Of a DNA stretch of 64,000 nt, positions 1 through 12,800 are shown piece by piece (position 1 is the stretch's first letter; every line of letters starts with the position of its first letter). The notes beneath the pieces are model-generated. The model worked only from the letters and a program-made list of their open reading frames with translations, was not told where the DNA came from and ran no database searches. A program made the translations under genes and the position numbers. This DNA is from Haplodiscus bocki. Its lineage: Eukaryota. The DNA lies in the NCBI GenBank assembly GCA_965655095.1, contig OZ296656.1:38812001-38876000 (forward strand), given 5' to 3'.

Positions 1-396
1 ATTTAATACACGCGTAGAAGTAGAAATAGGACCAACAAGTTCTTTTTATTCTGTTAGCGACCCAACTATTAAGTAAGTCGATGGTTTTTTGAAACGGAGT
101 GCGAACTCAATTTTGGTAAGTCCTATGGTGGAGTTGTTATCGAATTTTGAGACATCATCACGTCTGACAGTTATATTGAAATAGAAAGGGGCGTTCGCAG
201 TTTGCTTACGGTTAATGTTTCCACCAAATAGACTTTCAAGACTCTGAATGTCTCCATTTAAATCAACTCTTTTCTGATGAATTATCTTTGCAAAGTGTCT
301 TTTCACAAATCTTTTGTTCTTGGTTAGTTCATTGGTCAATGTGTTGGTTAGTCTGAAGTCTTCTATGCTCCTTTAGAGATTTTTATCAATCGTCAT
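1..396 (-). pseudogene. N-terminal part of a major-capsid-protein-like pseudogene (runs off the window start)
   Basis: ORF 46..339 KRHFAKIIHQKRVDLNGDIQSLESLFGGNINRKQTANAPFYFNITVRRDD...IGLTKIEFALRFK is the same N-terminal segment found in all units. Confidence 0.65.
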
Positions 397-851
397 ACCT
401 TTTGAAAAAACAGCATGAAAGGTTCAATTGTGTAGTTGTAGCAGAACATTGACTTTGAGAGCTGATTTGAAAATCGTTTTCTGGGAGAGGCTCCGAGTGA
501 ATCAAATTACAAAGTTTTTTTACATCCTATGAAGAAACTGTCCAACGAGTTCCACCCCGTCATCGATCATCAACAACAACTATACTTTTTTGGAGATTGC
601 TCCGCGACCTGAGAAAAGTAAAGACCCTTGATAATAGAGTGTTTCAGATTTTTCCCTTGGTTTTTAAATACAGTGATTTCATGATATTTAGATTGGTTTT
701 CTGCGTTTGTCATTGATTTATCGTTTAAACTGAATATTTAAAAAATCTTTTATGTTCACCTTAAAGTAAGGCACTTACGGAATGTAAATTTGTCCCAACT
801 TGCGTAGCAACTATATGAATCACACTCAGACTTCCTTTGGAACTCTTCAAG

Positions 852-2230
852 TTATACGACTTTAAGATCGGTCTTCTGATTTCCGTGTGGTATCATCTCA
901 AAATTTCTATGTTTAAAAGGTGTTGAAGTAAATTGAACATTAAATGGATCGTTTTTAAATTTTTCAAGAAATTGATCCTTCACAGGATTAATAATGGAAA
1001 TCCAAAATCTATATTTTGATAAAAACTTTTGGTTTTCACACCCGAGGAATCAACAAAACGTTTTAAAAGTGCTTCTCTAATTCCTTTTTGATAGAACAGT
1101 TTCAGATCTCTGTTGTGGTTTAAAATTTTGTTCTTCGGACATACAGTTCCAATATCATTCTTAGGATATCGACGTTCATCAGTTAGTACAAAGGAAGTTT
1201 CTGACAAACGTACTACCAAACATATCGTAACGTCATCAATCGTATTGTCAACAACTCGTTTATCTCGAATGTTTGTTTGATGTGCTTTGATTAAGTTTAT
1301 TGCATCGTTAACAATTCTTTTGGACCTATTTATGTTTGGAAAGCTAATGCACGCTGCGTTCCTTTTCTAATCGTTGTACTCGAATCAAACAATAAAACGA
1401 AGGAGGCTCTATTGGATTCTTTATAGTCAAATTGTGGCTCTCCGTTTGGTATAATTGTTGGAACGTATAGTTGTAAAAGATTTTTTTTTCATTTCAGTTG
1501 AGTCGGATGTCGTCCTATATTAAATTCTTTTTAGATCGTTTGTTTTAAAACTCGAATTATTTCCTGATAGTTTTTTTAAATATGTTTTGCAGAGGCTTAA
1601 ATTGTTTTTCAAGAGGATGTTATTTATCTATTCTTCTCTCAATACTTTCTATTGTATGAGTTTTGATTATTTTTCTCCGGAGGAAGTCCCTAGAATTTGC
1701 GCGTTGTGCCCATTTCTGCTAGTATCAAACGGTGATCGTTCTGAGCCTGGGTTGCCTTTTTTGCAGCCAATTTTCTGATTGTTGTTTTCTCTTGAAGTTT
1801 TCAAATTCTTTTTTTGAACATCAATCTCTCGAGTTTAATACACGCAAAAAAAATAGAAATAAGACCAACAAGTTCCTTTTTTTTCTCTTAACGGCCCAAC
1901 TATTAAGTAAGTCGATGGTTTTTTAAAACGGAGAGCGAACTCAATTTTGATAAGTCCTATGGTGGAGTTGTTGTCGAAATTTGAGACGTCATCACGTCTA
2001 ACAGTTATATCGAAATAGCAATGGCCGTTCGCGGTTTGGTTAGGGTTGATGTTTTCTCCAAACAGACTTTCAAGACTCTGAATATCTCCATTTAAGTCAA
2101 CTCCCTTCTGCTGAAATATCTTTGCAAAATGTATTTTCAGAAAACTTTTGTTCTTGGTTAATTCATTAGTCAATGGGTTGGTTAGTCTGAAGTCTTCTAT
2201 GCTCCTTTAGAGATTTTTATCAACCGTCAT
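852..2230 (-). pseudogene. Maverick/Polinton-like major capsid protein (double jelly roll) pseudogene, representative copy
   Basis: Collinear minus-strand fragments: 1835..2173 (KIFQQKGVDLNGDIQSLESLFGENINPNQTANGHCYFDITVRRDD), 980..1219 (TDERRYPKND...RDLKLFYQ...NIDFGF), then a C-terminus reading ...DLKVV* with TAA at 852-854. The span is ~460 codons with several frameshifts and stops. Confidence 0.65.
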
Positions 2231-2633
2231 ACCTTTTAAAAAAACAGCATGAAGGGTTCAAATGTGTAGTTGTAGCAGAACTTTGACTTTGAGAGCTGAT
2301 TTGAAAATCGTTTTTTGGAGAGTCTCCGAGTGTATCAAATTACAAAGTTTTTTACATCCTATGAAAAGTTGTCCAACGAGTTCCACCCCGTCATCGATCA
2401 TCAACAACAACTATACCCTTTTTTGGAGATTTTTCCGCGACCTGAGAAAAGTGACGACCTTTGATAAAAGAGTATTTCAGATTCAATTCTCGGTTTTTAA
2501 ACACAGTGATTTCATGAAATTTAGATTTTATTTCTGCGTTTGTCATTGATTTACCTTTTAAACTGAGTTTATTTAAAAAAAACTTTTATGTTCACCTTAA
2601 AGTAGGGCATTTAGGGAATGTAAAGTTGTCCCA

Positions 2634-2648
2634 AGTTGCGTAGCAACT
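2634..2648. other. Short inverted repeat AGTTGC-GTA-GCAACT between the capsid stop and the protease start (recurs in most monomers)
   Basis: A perfect 6-bp arm / 3-nt loop is seen in most units. It is altered in the 43.9-47.6 kb triplet (gcgtagcggct) and in the diverged terminal units. Confidence 0.6.
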
Positions 2649-4054
2649 AAGTAAATCACACTCAAACTTCCTTTGGAACTCTTCAAGTTATAACACTTTA
2701 AGCTCGGTTTTCTGATTTCCATGTGGTATCATCTCAAAATTTCTATGTTTAAAAGGTGTTGAAGTAAATCGAACCTTAAATGGATCGTTTTTAATTTTTT
2801 CAAGAAATTCATTGTTCACAGGATTAATGATGGAAATATAAAATCTATAAATTGATAATTGTTTTTGGTTTCGATACCCGCGGAGTCAACAAAATGTTTT
2901 GAAAGTGCTTCTCCAATTCCTTTTTGATAGAACAGTTTCAGATCTCTGTACTGGTCCGAAAACTTGTTCTCCGGACATACAGTTCCAATTTCCTTCTTAG
3001 GACATCGACGTTCATCAGTTTGTACAAAGAAAGTTTCTGACAATCGTACTATCAAACATAACGTCATCAATCGTATTCTCAACAACTGGTTTATCTCGGT
3101 TGATTGTTTGATGTGCTTTGATTAGGTTTAGTTGACTGTCATTATTTCTTTTGGACCTAGTCATGCTTGGAAAGCTAAATCAGGCTGCGTTGTTTTTCTG
3201 ATCGTTGTCCTCGAAGCAAACGTTAAAATAAAGGAGACTCTATTGGATAGTTTATAGTCAAATTGTGGCTTTCCGTTTGGTATAATAGTTGGAACGTATA
3301 GTTGTAAAATATATATTGTCAATTCAGTTGGGTCGGATGTCGTCCTATATGAAATTCTTGTTAGATCGTTTCTTTTAAAACTCGAAACAATTCCTGATCA
3401 TTTACTTATTTTTTAATATGTTTTGCAGAGGCTTAAATTGTATTTCAAGAGGATGTTCTTTATTTATTCTTCCCTCAAAACATTCTATTGTTTGAGTTTT
3501 GAATATTATTTTCCGGAGGAAGTCCTTAGAGTTTGCGCCTTGTGCCCAATTCAGCTAGTATCAAACGCTGATTGTTCTGAGTCTGGGTTGCCTTCTTGGC
3601 AGCCAATAAGTTGATCGTTGTCTTCCCTTCAAGGTTTCAGAACCATTTTGTGAACATCGGTCTCTCGAGTTTAATACACGCATAGAAGTAGAAATAGGAC
3701 CAACAAGTTCATTCTTTTCTGTTAGCGACCCAACTTATATAAGTCGATGCTTATTCAAGACGAAGAGCGAACTCAATTTTGATAAGTCCTATGGTGGAGT
3801 TATTGTCGAAATTTGAGACATCATTACGTCTAACAGTTATATCGAAATAGAAATGGGCGTCCGCGTTTTGCTTAGGTTAATCTTTTCACCAAATAGATTT
3901 TCAGGACTCTGAATGTCTCCATTTAAATCAACTCCTTTCTGATGAATTATCTTTGCAAAGTGTCTTTTCAGAAATCTGTTGTTCTTGGTTAATTCATTGG
4001 TCAAGGTGTTGGTTAGTCTGAAGTCTTCTATGCTCCTTTGGAGAATTTTATCAA

Positions 4055-4470
4055 TCGTCATACGTTTTAATAAAACAGCATGAAAGGTTCAATTGTCTAG
4101 TTATAGCAGAACATTAACTTTGAGAGCTGGTTTGAAAGTCGTTTGTTGGGAGAGTTTCCAAGTGAATCAAAATACAAAGTTTTTTACATCCTATGAAAAA
4201 AATTGTCCAACGAGTTACACCACGTCACCGATCATCAACAACAACTATACTCTTTACTGGAGATTGTTCCACGATCTGAGAAAATTACAGACCCCTGATG
4301 AAGAAGATTTTCAGATTTAATCCTCGGTTTTCAATTACGGTGATTGCATGAAGTTTAGTTGGCAATTTTGCGTTTGTTGTTGACTTATATTTTAAATTAA
4401 ATTTAGTCAAAAAATCTTTTATGTTCACCTTAAAGTAGGGCCTTTAGGGAATGTAAATTTATCCCGATTT
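4055..4470 (-). pseudogene. Adenain-like (clan CE) cysteine protease pseudogene, short-type copy
   Basis: Minus strand reads TLYFDSLGNSPNK, with YFDSLG at 4157-4174, downstream of a degenerate G-x-T-R-W equivalent of GGTHW. It is frameshifted and the C-terminal tail is removed by the ~97-bp deletion. Confidence 0.65.
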
Positions 4471-7400
4471 GCGTAGCAACTAAGTAAATCACACTCAGAG
4501 TTTCATTGGAAATCTTCAAGGTATACGACTTTAAGTTCGGTTTTCTGATTTCTACCTGGTATCATCTCAAATTTTCTATGTCTAAAAGGTGTTGAAGTAT
4601 ATCGAAAATTGAATGGATCGTTTACAATTTTTTCACTAGATTGATCCTTCACAGTTTTCTTTTTGGAATTCCTTGATCTATAAAGTGAGAAATACTTTTG
4701 GTGTTCACATCCGCGGAATCAACAAAACGTTTTAAAAGTGCTTCTCCAATTCTTTTTTGATAGAACAGTTTCAGATCTCTGTACTGGTCTGAAACTTTGT
4801 TCTCCGGACATACAGTTCCGATTTCATCCTTAGGACATCGACGTTCATCAATTTGTACAAAGAAAGTTTCTGACAATCGTACTATCAAACATAACGTCAT
4901 CAATCGTATTCTCAGCAACTGGTTTATCTCGGTTGATTGTTTGATGTGCTTTGATTCAGTTTAGTGGACTGTTAACAATTCTTTTGGACCTAGTCACGCT
5001 TTGAAATCTAAATCAGGCTGCGCTATTTTTCTAATAGTTGTCCTTGAATCAAACGTTAAATTGAAAGAGGATCTAATGGTTTCTTGATTGTCAAATTGTG
5101 GCTCTTCGTCTGGTATATTAGTTGGAACTTATGGTTATAAGCTATTTGTTTTCAGGTTGTTTGGATCTGATGTCGTCGAATATGAAAATCCTTTGAGCCG
5201 TTTCTTTTAAGGCTGCAATTATTTCGGGATCTTTTTTTGATATTTTGATAAGTTCTGCAGAATCTTGAATTGTGTTCAAGAGGTTGCTTTCTAAGGCTTC
5301 TTCTTTTATTACCTTCCATGGTATGGTTAATGATTAACAGTTTTTGAAGGCAATTCTAAGCCATTGCACGTTTTGCCCAATTCTGCGAGTATTGATTGCT
5401 GATCGTTCTGAGAGTGGATTTCCGTTTTGGCAGCCAATATAGTGATTGTTGTTTTCCATTAAAAATTTCAAGACCACTTTGTAACTGGAGGTCTGTAGAG
5501 GTTAATACACTCATAAAAGTAGAAAAAGGACCAAAATGTTCGTTTTTTTGATAACGATCCAACAACTAAATAAGTCGATGCTTCTTCGAAACAGAGAGCC
5601 AACTCAAAATCGATAAGTCTTATGGGGGAATCGTTATCGAAATTTGAATCATCATCACGTCTAACAGTTATATCAAAACTGAAATAGGCGGTCCCGGTTG
5701 GGTAAGGCTTGATGTATTCAACAAAAAGATTTCGATACTCTGATCGCCTCTATTTGTATCAGCACATTTTTGATGAAGTACCTATGCAAAGCCTCTTTTT
5801 GCAATTCTACGGTTTTTGTTTAATTCATCAGTCATTGTGTTGGATTGTCTGAAGTCATCTAGGCTCATTGAGGGAGCTTCAAAGTTACTCACAATTCTGA
5901 AGGAGTCCTTAAAAAGCGTTCCAGCTCAGGAAGAGATGGTTAAAATACAAAGAGACTACCACTTCATAATATTTGTTATTATTCGTCATATTATACAAAA
6001 AAACAGCATGAAGTGTCCGGTTGTATAGTTAAAGCAGAATATTGACTGTAGGAGCCGGTTGAAAAGATGTAAGTTGAGAGAGCCTCCGAGTGATTCAAAG
6101 TGCAAGGTTTTGTTAGGTCCTATGAAAAAAGTTGTGCAATGAGTTCCACCTTGTCATCCATCATCAACAAAAACTATGTTCATTTTTGGAGACTGTTCCG
6201 CGATCTGAGAAACTTAAAGACCCTTGATGAAGGAGTTTTCCAGATTCATTCGTAGGTTTTTAGATACCGAGATTTCATGGAATTCGTTTTGTAGTTCTGC
6301 GTTGGTCACCGATTTGTCTTTCAAACCGAATTTAATCAGAAAATCATTTTTGTTTATTGTAAGCTAAGGCCTTTAGAGAGTGTAAGTTTATCCCAAGTTG
6401 CGTAGCAACTAAGTAAATCACACTAAGAGTACCTTTGGAACTCCTATAATTATGCGGCTATAAGTTCGATTTTCTGATTTTTGTCTTGTCTCATCTCGAT
6501 TTTTCTATGGCTATTAAGTATTGAAGTGAATCAAACATTCAATGGATCCTTTTCAAATTCTTCAATAGATTGATCCTTCACAAGATGAGTACTGGAAAAC
6601 TTAAATCTATATCCTGGAAAACGTGTTTGGTTTTCTTTCCCCCTGGAATCAACAAATTGTTTTAATGTTGCTTCACAGACTCCTTATTAATAGAACATTT
6701 CCAGATATCTATACCAGTCTGAAAGTGTTAAAGGAGATTTTCAGATTTAGTCCTCGGTTTTTAAATATAGTGATTTCATGAAATTTAGATTGTAATTCTG
6801 CGTTTGTCATTTATTTATATTTTAAACTGAATTTAGTCAAAAAATCTTTTATGTTCACCTTAAAGTAAGGCATTAGGGAATGTAAAGTTGTCCCAAGTTG
6901 CGTAGCAACTAGGTAAATCACACTCAGACTTCATTTGGAACCCTTCAAGTTTTACGACTCTAAGATCGGTTTTTTGATTTCCATGTGGTATCAGCTCAAA
7001 TTTTCTAAGTTTGAAATGTGTTGAAGTAAATCGAATCCTAAATGGATCTTTTTTAATTTTTTCAAGAAAATGATACTTCGCAGGATTAATGATGGAAATC
7101 CTAAATCACTAAATTGATAAATGTTTTCGGTTTCCACACCCGTGGAATCAACAAAATGTTTTGAAACAGCTTCTCCAATTCCTTTTTGATAGAACAGTTT
7201 CAGATCTCTGTAATGGTTTGAAAAATTGTTCTCCGGACATTCAGTTCTTATTTCATCCTTAGGACAACGACGTTTATCAGTTTGTTCAAAGAAAGGTTCT
7301 GACAATCGTACTATCAAACATAACGTTATCAATCTTATTCTCAACAACTGGTTTATCTCGGTTGATTGTATGATGTGCTTTGATTATTTTTATTGGACTG

Positions 7401-9860
7401 TTAACAATTCTTTTGGACCTGTTTATGCTTGGAAAGCTAAATCGGGCTGCGTGCTTTTTCTGATCGCTGTACTTGAATCAAACGATAAAACGAAGAAGGC
7501 CCTATTGGATTCTTTATAGTCAAATTGTGGCTCTTCGTCTGGTTATTAGTTGGAACGTATAGTTGTAATACTTCTATATAACGTCTTTTCAGTTGGGTGG
7601 GATGTCGTCCTATATGAAATTTTTTTTATAGCGTTTGTTTTAAATTTCGAAATTTTTCCTGATCTCTTATCTGTTTTTTAATATGTTTTGCAGAAGCTTA
7701 AATTGTTTTTCAAGAGGATGTTTTCTAACTAATCCCCCTCAAAACTTTCTTTGGTATGAGTATTGAATAATAAATTATGGAGGAAGTCCATAGGATTTGC
7801 GCGTTGTGCCCACTTCTGCTAGTGTCCAACGCTGATAGTTCTGAGTCTGGAATGCCTTTCTGGCAGCCAAGAAGTTGATTGTTGTTTTCCATTGAAGGTT
7901 TCAAAACCATTTTGTAAATATCGGTCTTTTGAGTTTAATACACGCGTAAAAGTGGAAATAAGGCCAACAAGTTCTTTTTTTTCTCTTAACGACCCAACTA
8001 TTAAGTAAGTCGAGGGTTTTTTGAAACGGAGAGCGAACTCAATTTTGATAAGTCCTATGGTGGAGTTGTTATCGAATTTTGAGACATCATCACGTCTAAC
8101 AGTTATATCGAAATAGAAAGGGGCGTTCGCGGTTTGCTTAGGGTTGAGGTTTCCACCAATTAAACTTTCAAGACTCTGAATGTCTCCGTTTAAATCAACT
8201 CCTTTCTGATGAATTATCTTTGCAAAGTGTCTTCTCAGATATCTGTTGTTCTTGGTTAATTCATTGGTCAGTGTTTTGGTTAGTCTGAAGTTTTCTATGT
8301 TCTTTTAGAGAGCCTAAAAGCTACCCAGGCTTCTAAAGGAATCCTTAGGAAGTGCTGGAGTTCAGGGAGCGACAACTAAAATACAAAGACAACATCACTT
8401 TTTATAATTTTTTCTTAATCGCCACACCTTTTAAAAAACATCATGAATAGTTAAATAGTGTAGTTATAGCAGATCATTGATTTTGAGAGCTGACTTGAAA
8501 GTCGTTTCTTGGGAGAGTCTCTGAGTGAATCAAATTACAAAGTTTTTTACATCCTATGAAAAAAGTTGTCCAACAAGTTCCACCCCGTCATCGATCATCA
8601 ACAACAACTATACTCTTTTTTGGGGATTGTCCCGCGACCTGAGAAAAGTAAAGACCCTTGATAAAAGAGTTTTTCAGATGTTTTCCTCGGTTTTTAAATA
8701 GAGTGATTTCATGATATTTAGATTGTGTTTCTGCGTTTGTCATTGATTTATATTTTAAACTGAGTTTTTTCAAAAATTCTCTGATGTTCAACTTAAAGTA
8801 AGGCCTTTAGGGAATGTAAATTGGTCCCAAGTTGCGTAGCAACTAGACAAATCACACTCAGACTTCCCTTGGAACTCTTCAAGTCATACGACTTTAAGTT
8901 CTTTTTCTGATTTCCATCTGGTATCATCTCAAATTTTCTATGTCTAAATGTGTTGAAGTATATCGAACACTAAAAGGATCATTTTTACACTCTTCAAAAT
9001 GTTGAAGTTTCACAGGAATAATACTGGAATACCTAAATCTACAAATTGATATTTTTTTTGGTTTTGACACCCTCGGAATCAACAAAATGTTTTAAAAGTG
9101 CTTCTCCAATTCCTTTTTGATAGAACAGTTTCAAATCTATGTACTGGTCTGAAACTTTGTTCTCCGGACATACAGTTCCATTTTCATTCTTAGGACATCG
9201 AAGCTCATCAGTTTGTACGAAGAAAGTTTCTGACAATCGTACTATCAAACATAACGTCATCAATTGTTTTCTCAACAACTGGTTTATCTCGGTTGATCGT
9301 TTGATGTGCTTTGATTAATTTTAGTGGACTGCTAACAATTATTTTGGACCTATTTATGCTTGGAAAGCTAAATCGGGCTGCGTTCTTTTTCTGACCGTTG
9401 TACTTGAATCAAACGGTAAAACGAAGAAGGCTCTATTGGGTTCCTTATTTTCAAATTGTGGCTGTCCGTCTGGTATAATAGTTGGAACGTGTAGTTGTAA
9501 AATATATACTGTCATTTCAGTTGGGTAGGATGACGTCCTATTTGAAACTCTATTTAGATAGTTGGTTCTAAAACACGAAATCTTTCCTGATCTTTTATTT
9601 ATATTTAATATGTTGTGCAGAGCCATAAATTGTTTTTCAAGAGGATGTTCTCTAACTATTCTTCCCTCAATACTTTCTATGGTATGAGTTTTGAATATTA
9701 TTTTCCGGAGGAAGTCCTTAGAACTTGCGCGTTGTGTTCATTTCTGCTAGAATCAAACGCTGATCGTTCTGAGTCTGGGTTGCCTTTTTGGCAGCCAATA
9801 AGGTGGTTGTAGTTATCCATTGAAGGTTTCAAAACCGTTTTGTAAACCCCGTTCTCTGGA

Positions 9861-12800
9861 GTTTAATACACCTGTAGAAGTAGAAATAAGACCAACAATT
9901 TCTTTTTATTCTGTTAACGACCCAACTATTAAGTAAGTCGATGGTCTTTTCAAACGGAGAGCGAACTCAATTTTGATAAGTCCTATGGTGGAGTTGTTAT
10001 CGAAATTTGAGACATCATCACGTCTAACATTTACATCGAAATAGAAATGGGCGTTCGCGGTTTGCTTAAAATAACGTTTTGGCCGAATAGACTTTCAAGA
10101 CTCTGATTGTCCCCATTTAAATCAACTCCTCTCTGATGATTTTTCTTTGCAAAATGTCTTTTCAGAAATCTATTGTTCTTGTTTAATTCATTAGTCAATG
10201 TGTTCGTTAAACCGAAGTCTTCTATGCTCCTTAAGAGTATTTTATTTATCGTCATAACTTTTCAAAAAACAGCATGAATAGTTCAATTGTGTAGTTATAG
10301 CAGAACATTGACTTTCAGAGTTGGTTTGAAAGTCATTTGTTGGGAGAGTTTCCAAGTGAATCAAAATGCAAAGTTTTTTACATCCTATGAAAAAAATTGT
10401 CGAACGAGTTCCACCACGTCACCGATCATCAACAACAACTATACTCTTTTTTGGAGATTGTTCTGCGACCTCAAAAAAGTAAAGACCCTCGATAAAAGAG
10501 TTTTTCAGTTATCTTCCTCGGTTTTTAAATACAATGATTTCATGTTATTCAGATTGTGTTTCTGCGTTTGTCGTTGATTTATCTTTTAAACTGAGTTTAT
10601 TGAAAAAAAAATATGTTCACCTTAAAGTAAGGCATTTTGGGAATGTAAATTGGTCACAAGTTGCGTAGCAACTAGATAAATCACACTAAGACTTCATTTG
10701 GAACCCTTCAAGTTTCACGACTCTAAGATCGGTTTTCTGATTTCCATGTGGTACCATCTCAAATTTTCTATGTTTGAAATGTGTTGAACTAAATCAAATC
10801 CTAAATGGATCTTTTTTACTTTTTTCAAGAAATTGATACTTCGCAGGATTAATGATGGAAATCCTAAATCTCTAAATTGATAAATGTTTTTGTTTTCCAC
10901 ACCCGTGGAATCAACAAAATGTTTTGAAACAGCTTCTCCAATTCCTTTTTGATAGAACATTTTCAGATCTCTGTAATGGTTTGAAAAATTGTTCTCCGGA
11001 CATTCAGTTCCTATTTCATCCTTAGGACAACGACGTTAATCAGTTTGTACAAAGAAAGTTTGTGACGATCGTACTATCAAACATAACGTTATCAATCTTA
11101 TTCTCAACAACTGGTTTATCTCGGTTGATTGTATGATGTGCTTTGATTATTTTTATTGGACTGTTAACAATTCTTTTGGACATGTTTATGCTTGGAAAGC
11201 TAAATCGGGCTGCGTGCTTTTTCTGATCGCTGTACTTGAATCAAACGATAAAACGAAGAAGGCCCTATTGGATTTTTTGTAGTCAAATTGTGGCTCTCCG
11301 TTTGGTATTATAGTTGGAACGTATAGTTGTAAATTATATATTGTCATTTCAGTTTGGTCGGATGTCGTCCTTTATGAATTTTTTTTCAGATCGTTTTTTC
11401 TAAAACTTGAAAAAATTCCTGATCATTTACTTAATTTTTAATATGTGTTGCAGAGCCATAAAATGATTTTCAAGAGTATGTTCTCCAACCCTTCTTCCCT
11501 CAATACTTTCTATGGTATGAGTTTTGAATAATATTTTCCAGAGGAGGTCCTTAGATTTTGCGCGTTGTGCCCATTTCTGCTAGAATCAAACGCTGATTGT
11601 TCTGAGTCTGGGTTGCCTTTTTGGCAGCCAATAAGGGGGTTGTTGTTATCCATTGAAGGTTTCAAAACGGTTTTGTAAACCCCGTTCTCTGGAGTTTAAT
11701 ACACCTGTACAAGTAGAAATAAGACCAACAAGTTCTTTTTATTTTGTTAACGACCCAACTATTAAGTAAGTCGATGGTCTTTTCAAACGGAGAGCGAACT
11801 CAATTTTGATAAGTCCTATGGTGGAGTTGTTATCGAAATTTCAGACATCATCACGTCTAACAATTACATCGAAATAGAAACGGGCGTCCGCTGTTTGCTT
11901 AAATTAATGTTTTCACCAAATAGACTTTCAAGACTCTGAATGTCTCCATTTAAATCAACTCCTCTCTGATGATTTTTCTTTGCAAAGTGTATTTTCAGAA
12001 ATCTATTGTTCTTGTTTAATTCATTAGTCAATGTGTTGGTTAGCCTGAAGTCTTCTATGCTCCTTAAGAGATTTTTATTTATCGTCATAACTTTTCAAAA
12101 AACAGCATAACTAGTTCAATTGTGTATTTATAGGACAACATTGACTTTCAGAGCTGGTTTGAAAGTCGTTTGTTGGGAGAGTTTCCAAGTGAATCAAATT
12201 ACAAAGTTTTTTACATCCTATGAAAAAAATTGTCGAACGAGTTCCACCACGTCACCGATCATCAACAACAACTATACTCTTTTTTTGGAGATTGTTCTGC
12301 GACCTGAGAAAAGTAAAGACCCTTGATAAAAGAGTATTTCATTTATTTTCCTCGGTTTTTAAATACAATAATTTCATGATATTTAGATTGTATTTTTGCG
12401 TTTGTCATTGATTTATCTTTTAAACTGAGTTAATTGAAAAAAAAAATTATGTTCACCTTAAAGTAAGGCATTTAGGGAATATAAATTTGTCACAAGTTGC
12501 GTAGCAACTAGATAAATCACACTCAGACTTCAATTGGAACCCTTCAAGTTTTACGACTCTAAGATCGGTTTTCTGATTTCCATGTGGTATCAGCTCAAAT
12601 TTTCTAAGTTTGAAATGTGTTGAAGTAAATCGAATCCTAAATGGATCTTTTTTAATTTTTTCAAGAAATTGATCCTTCACAGGATTAATAATGGAAATCC
12701 AAAATCTATAATTTGATAAAAATTTTTGGTTTCCACACCCGTGGAATCAACAAAATGTTTTGAAACAGCTTCTCCAATTCCTTTTTGATAGAACAGTTTC

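Noticed and set aside
565-582. (CAA)n / (GAT) microsatellite-like run 'gatcatcaacaacaac'
   Set aside because: It is only the codons for V-V-V-D-D of the protease remnant and is too short to be an independent repeat.
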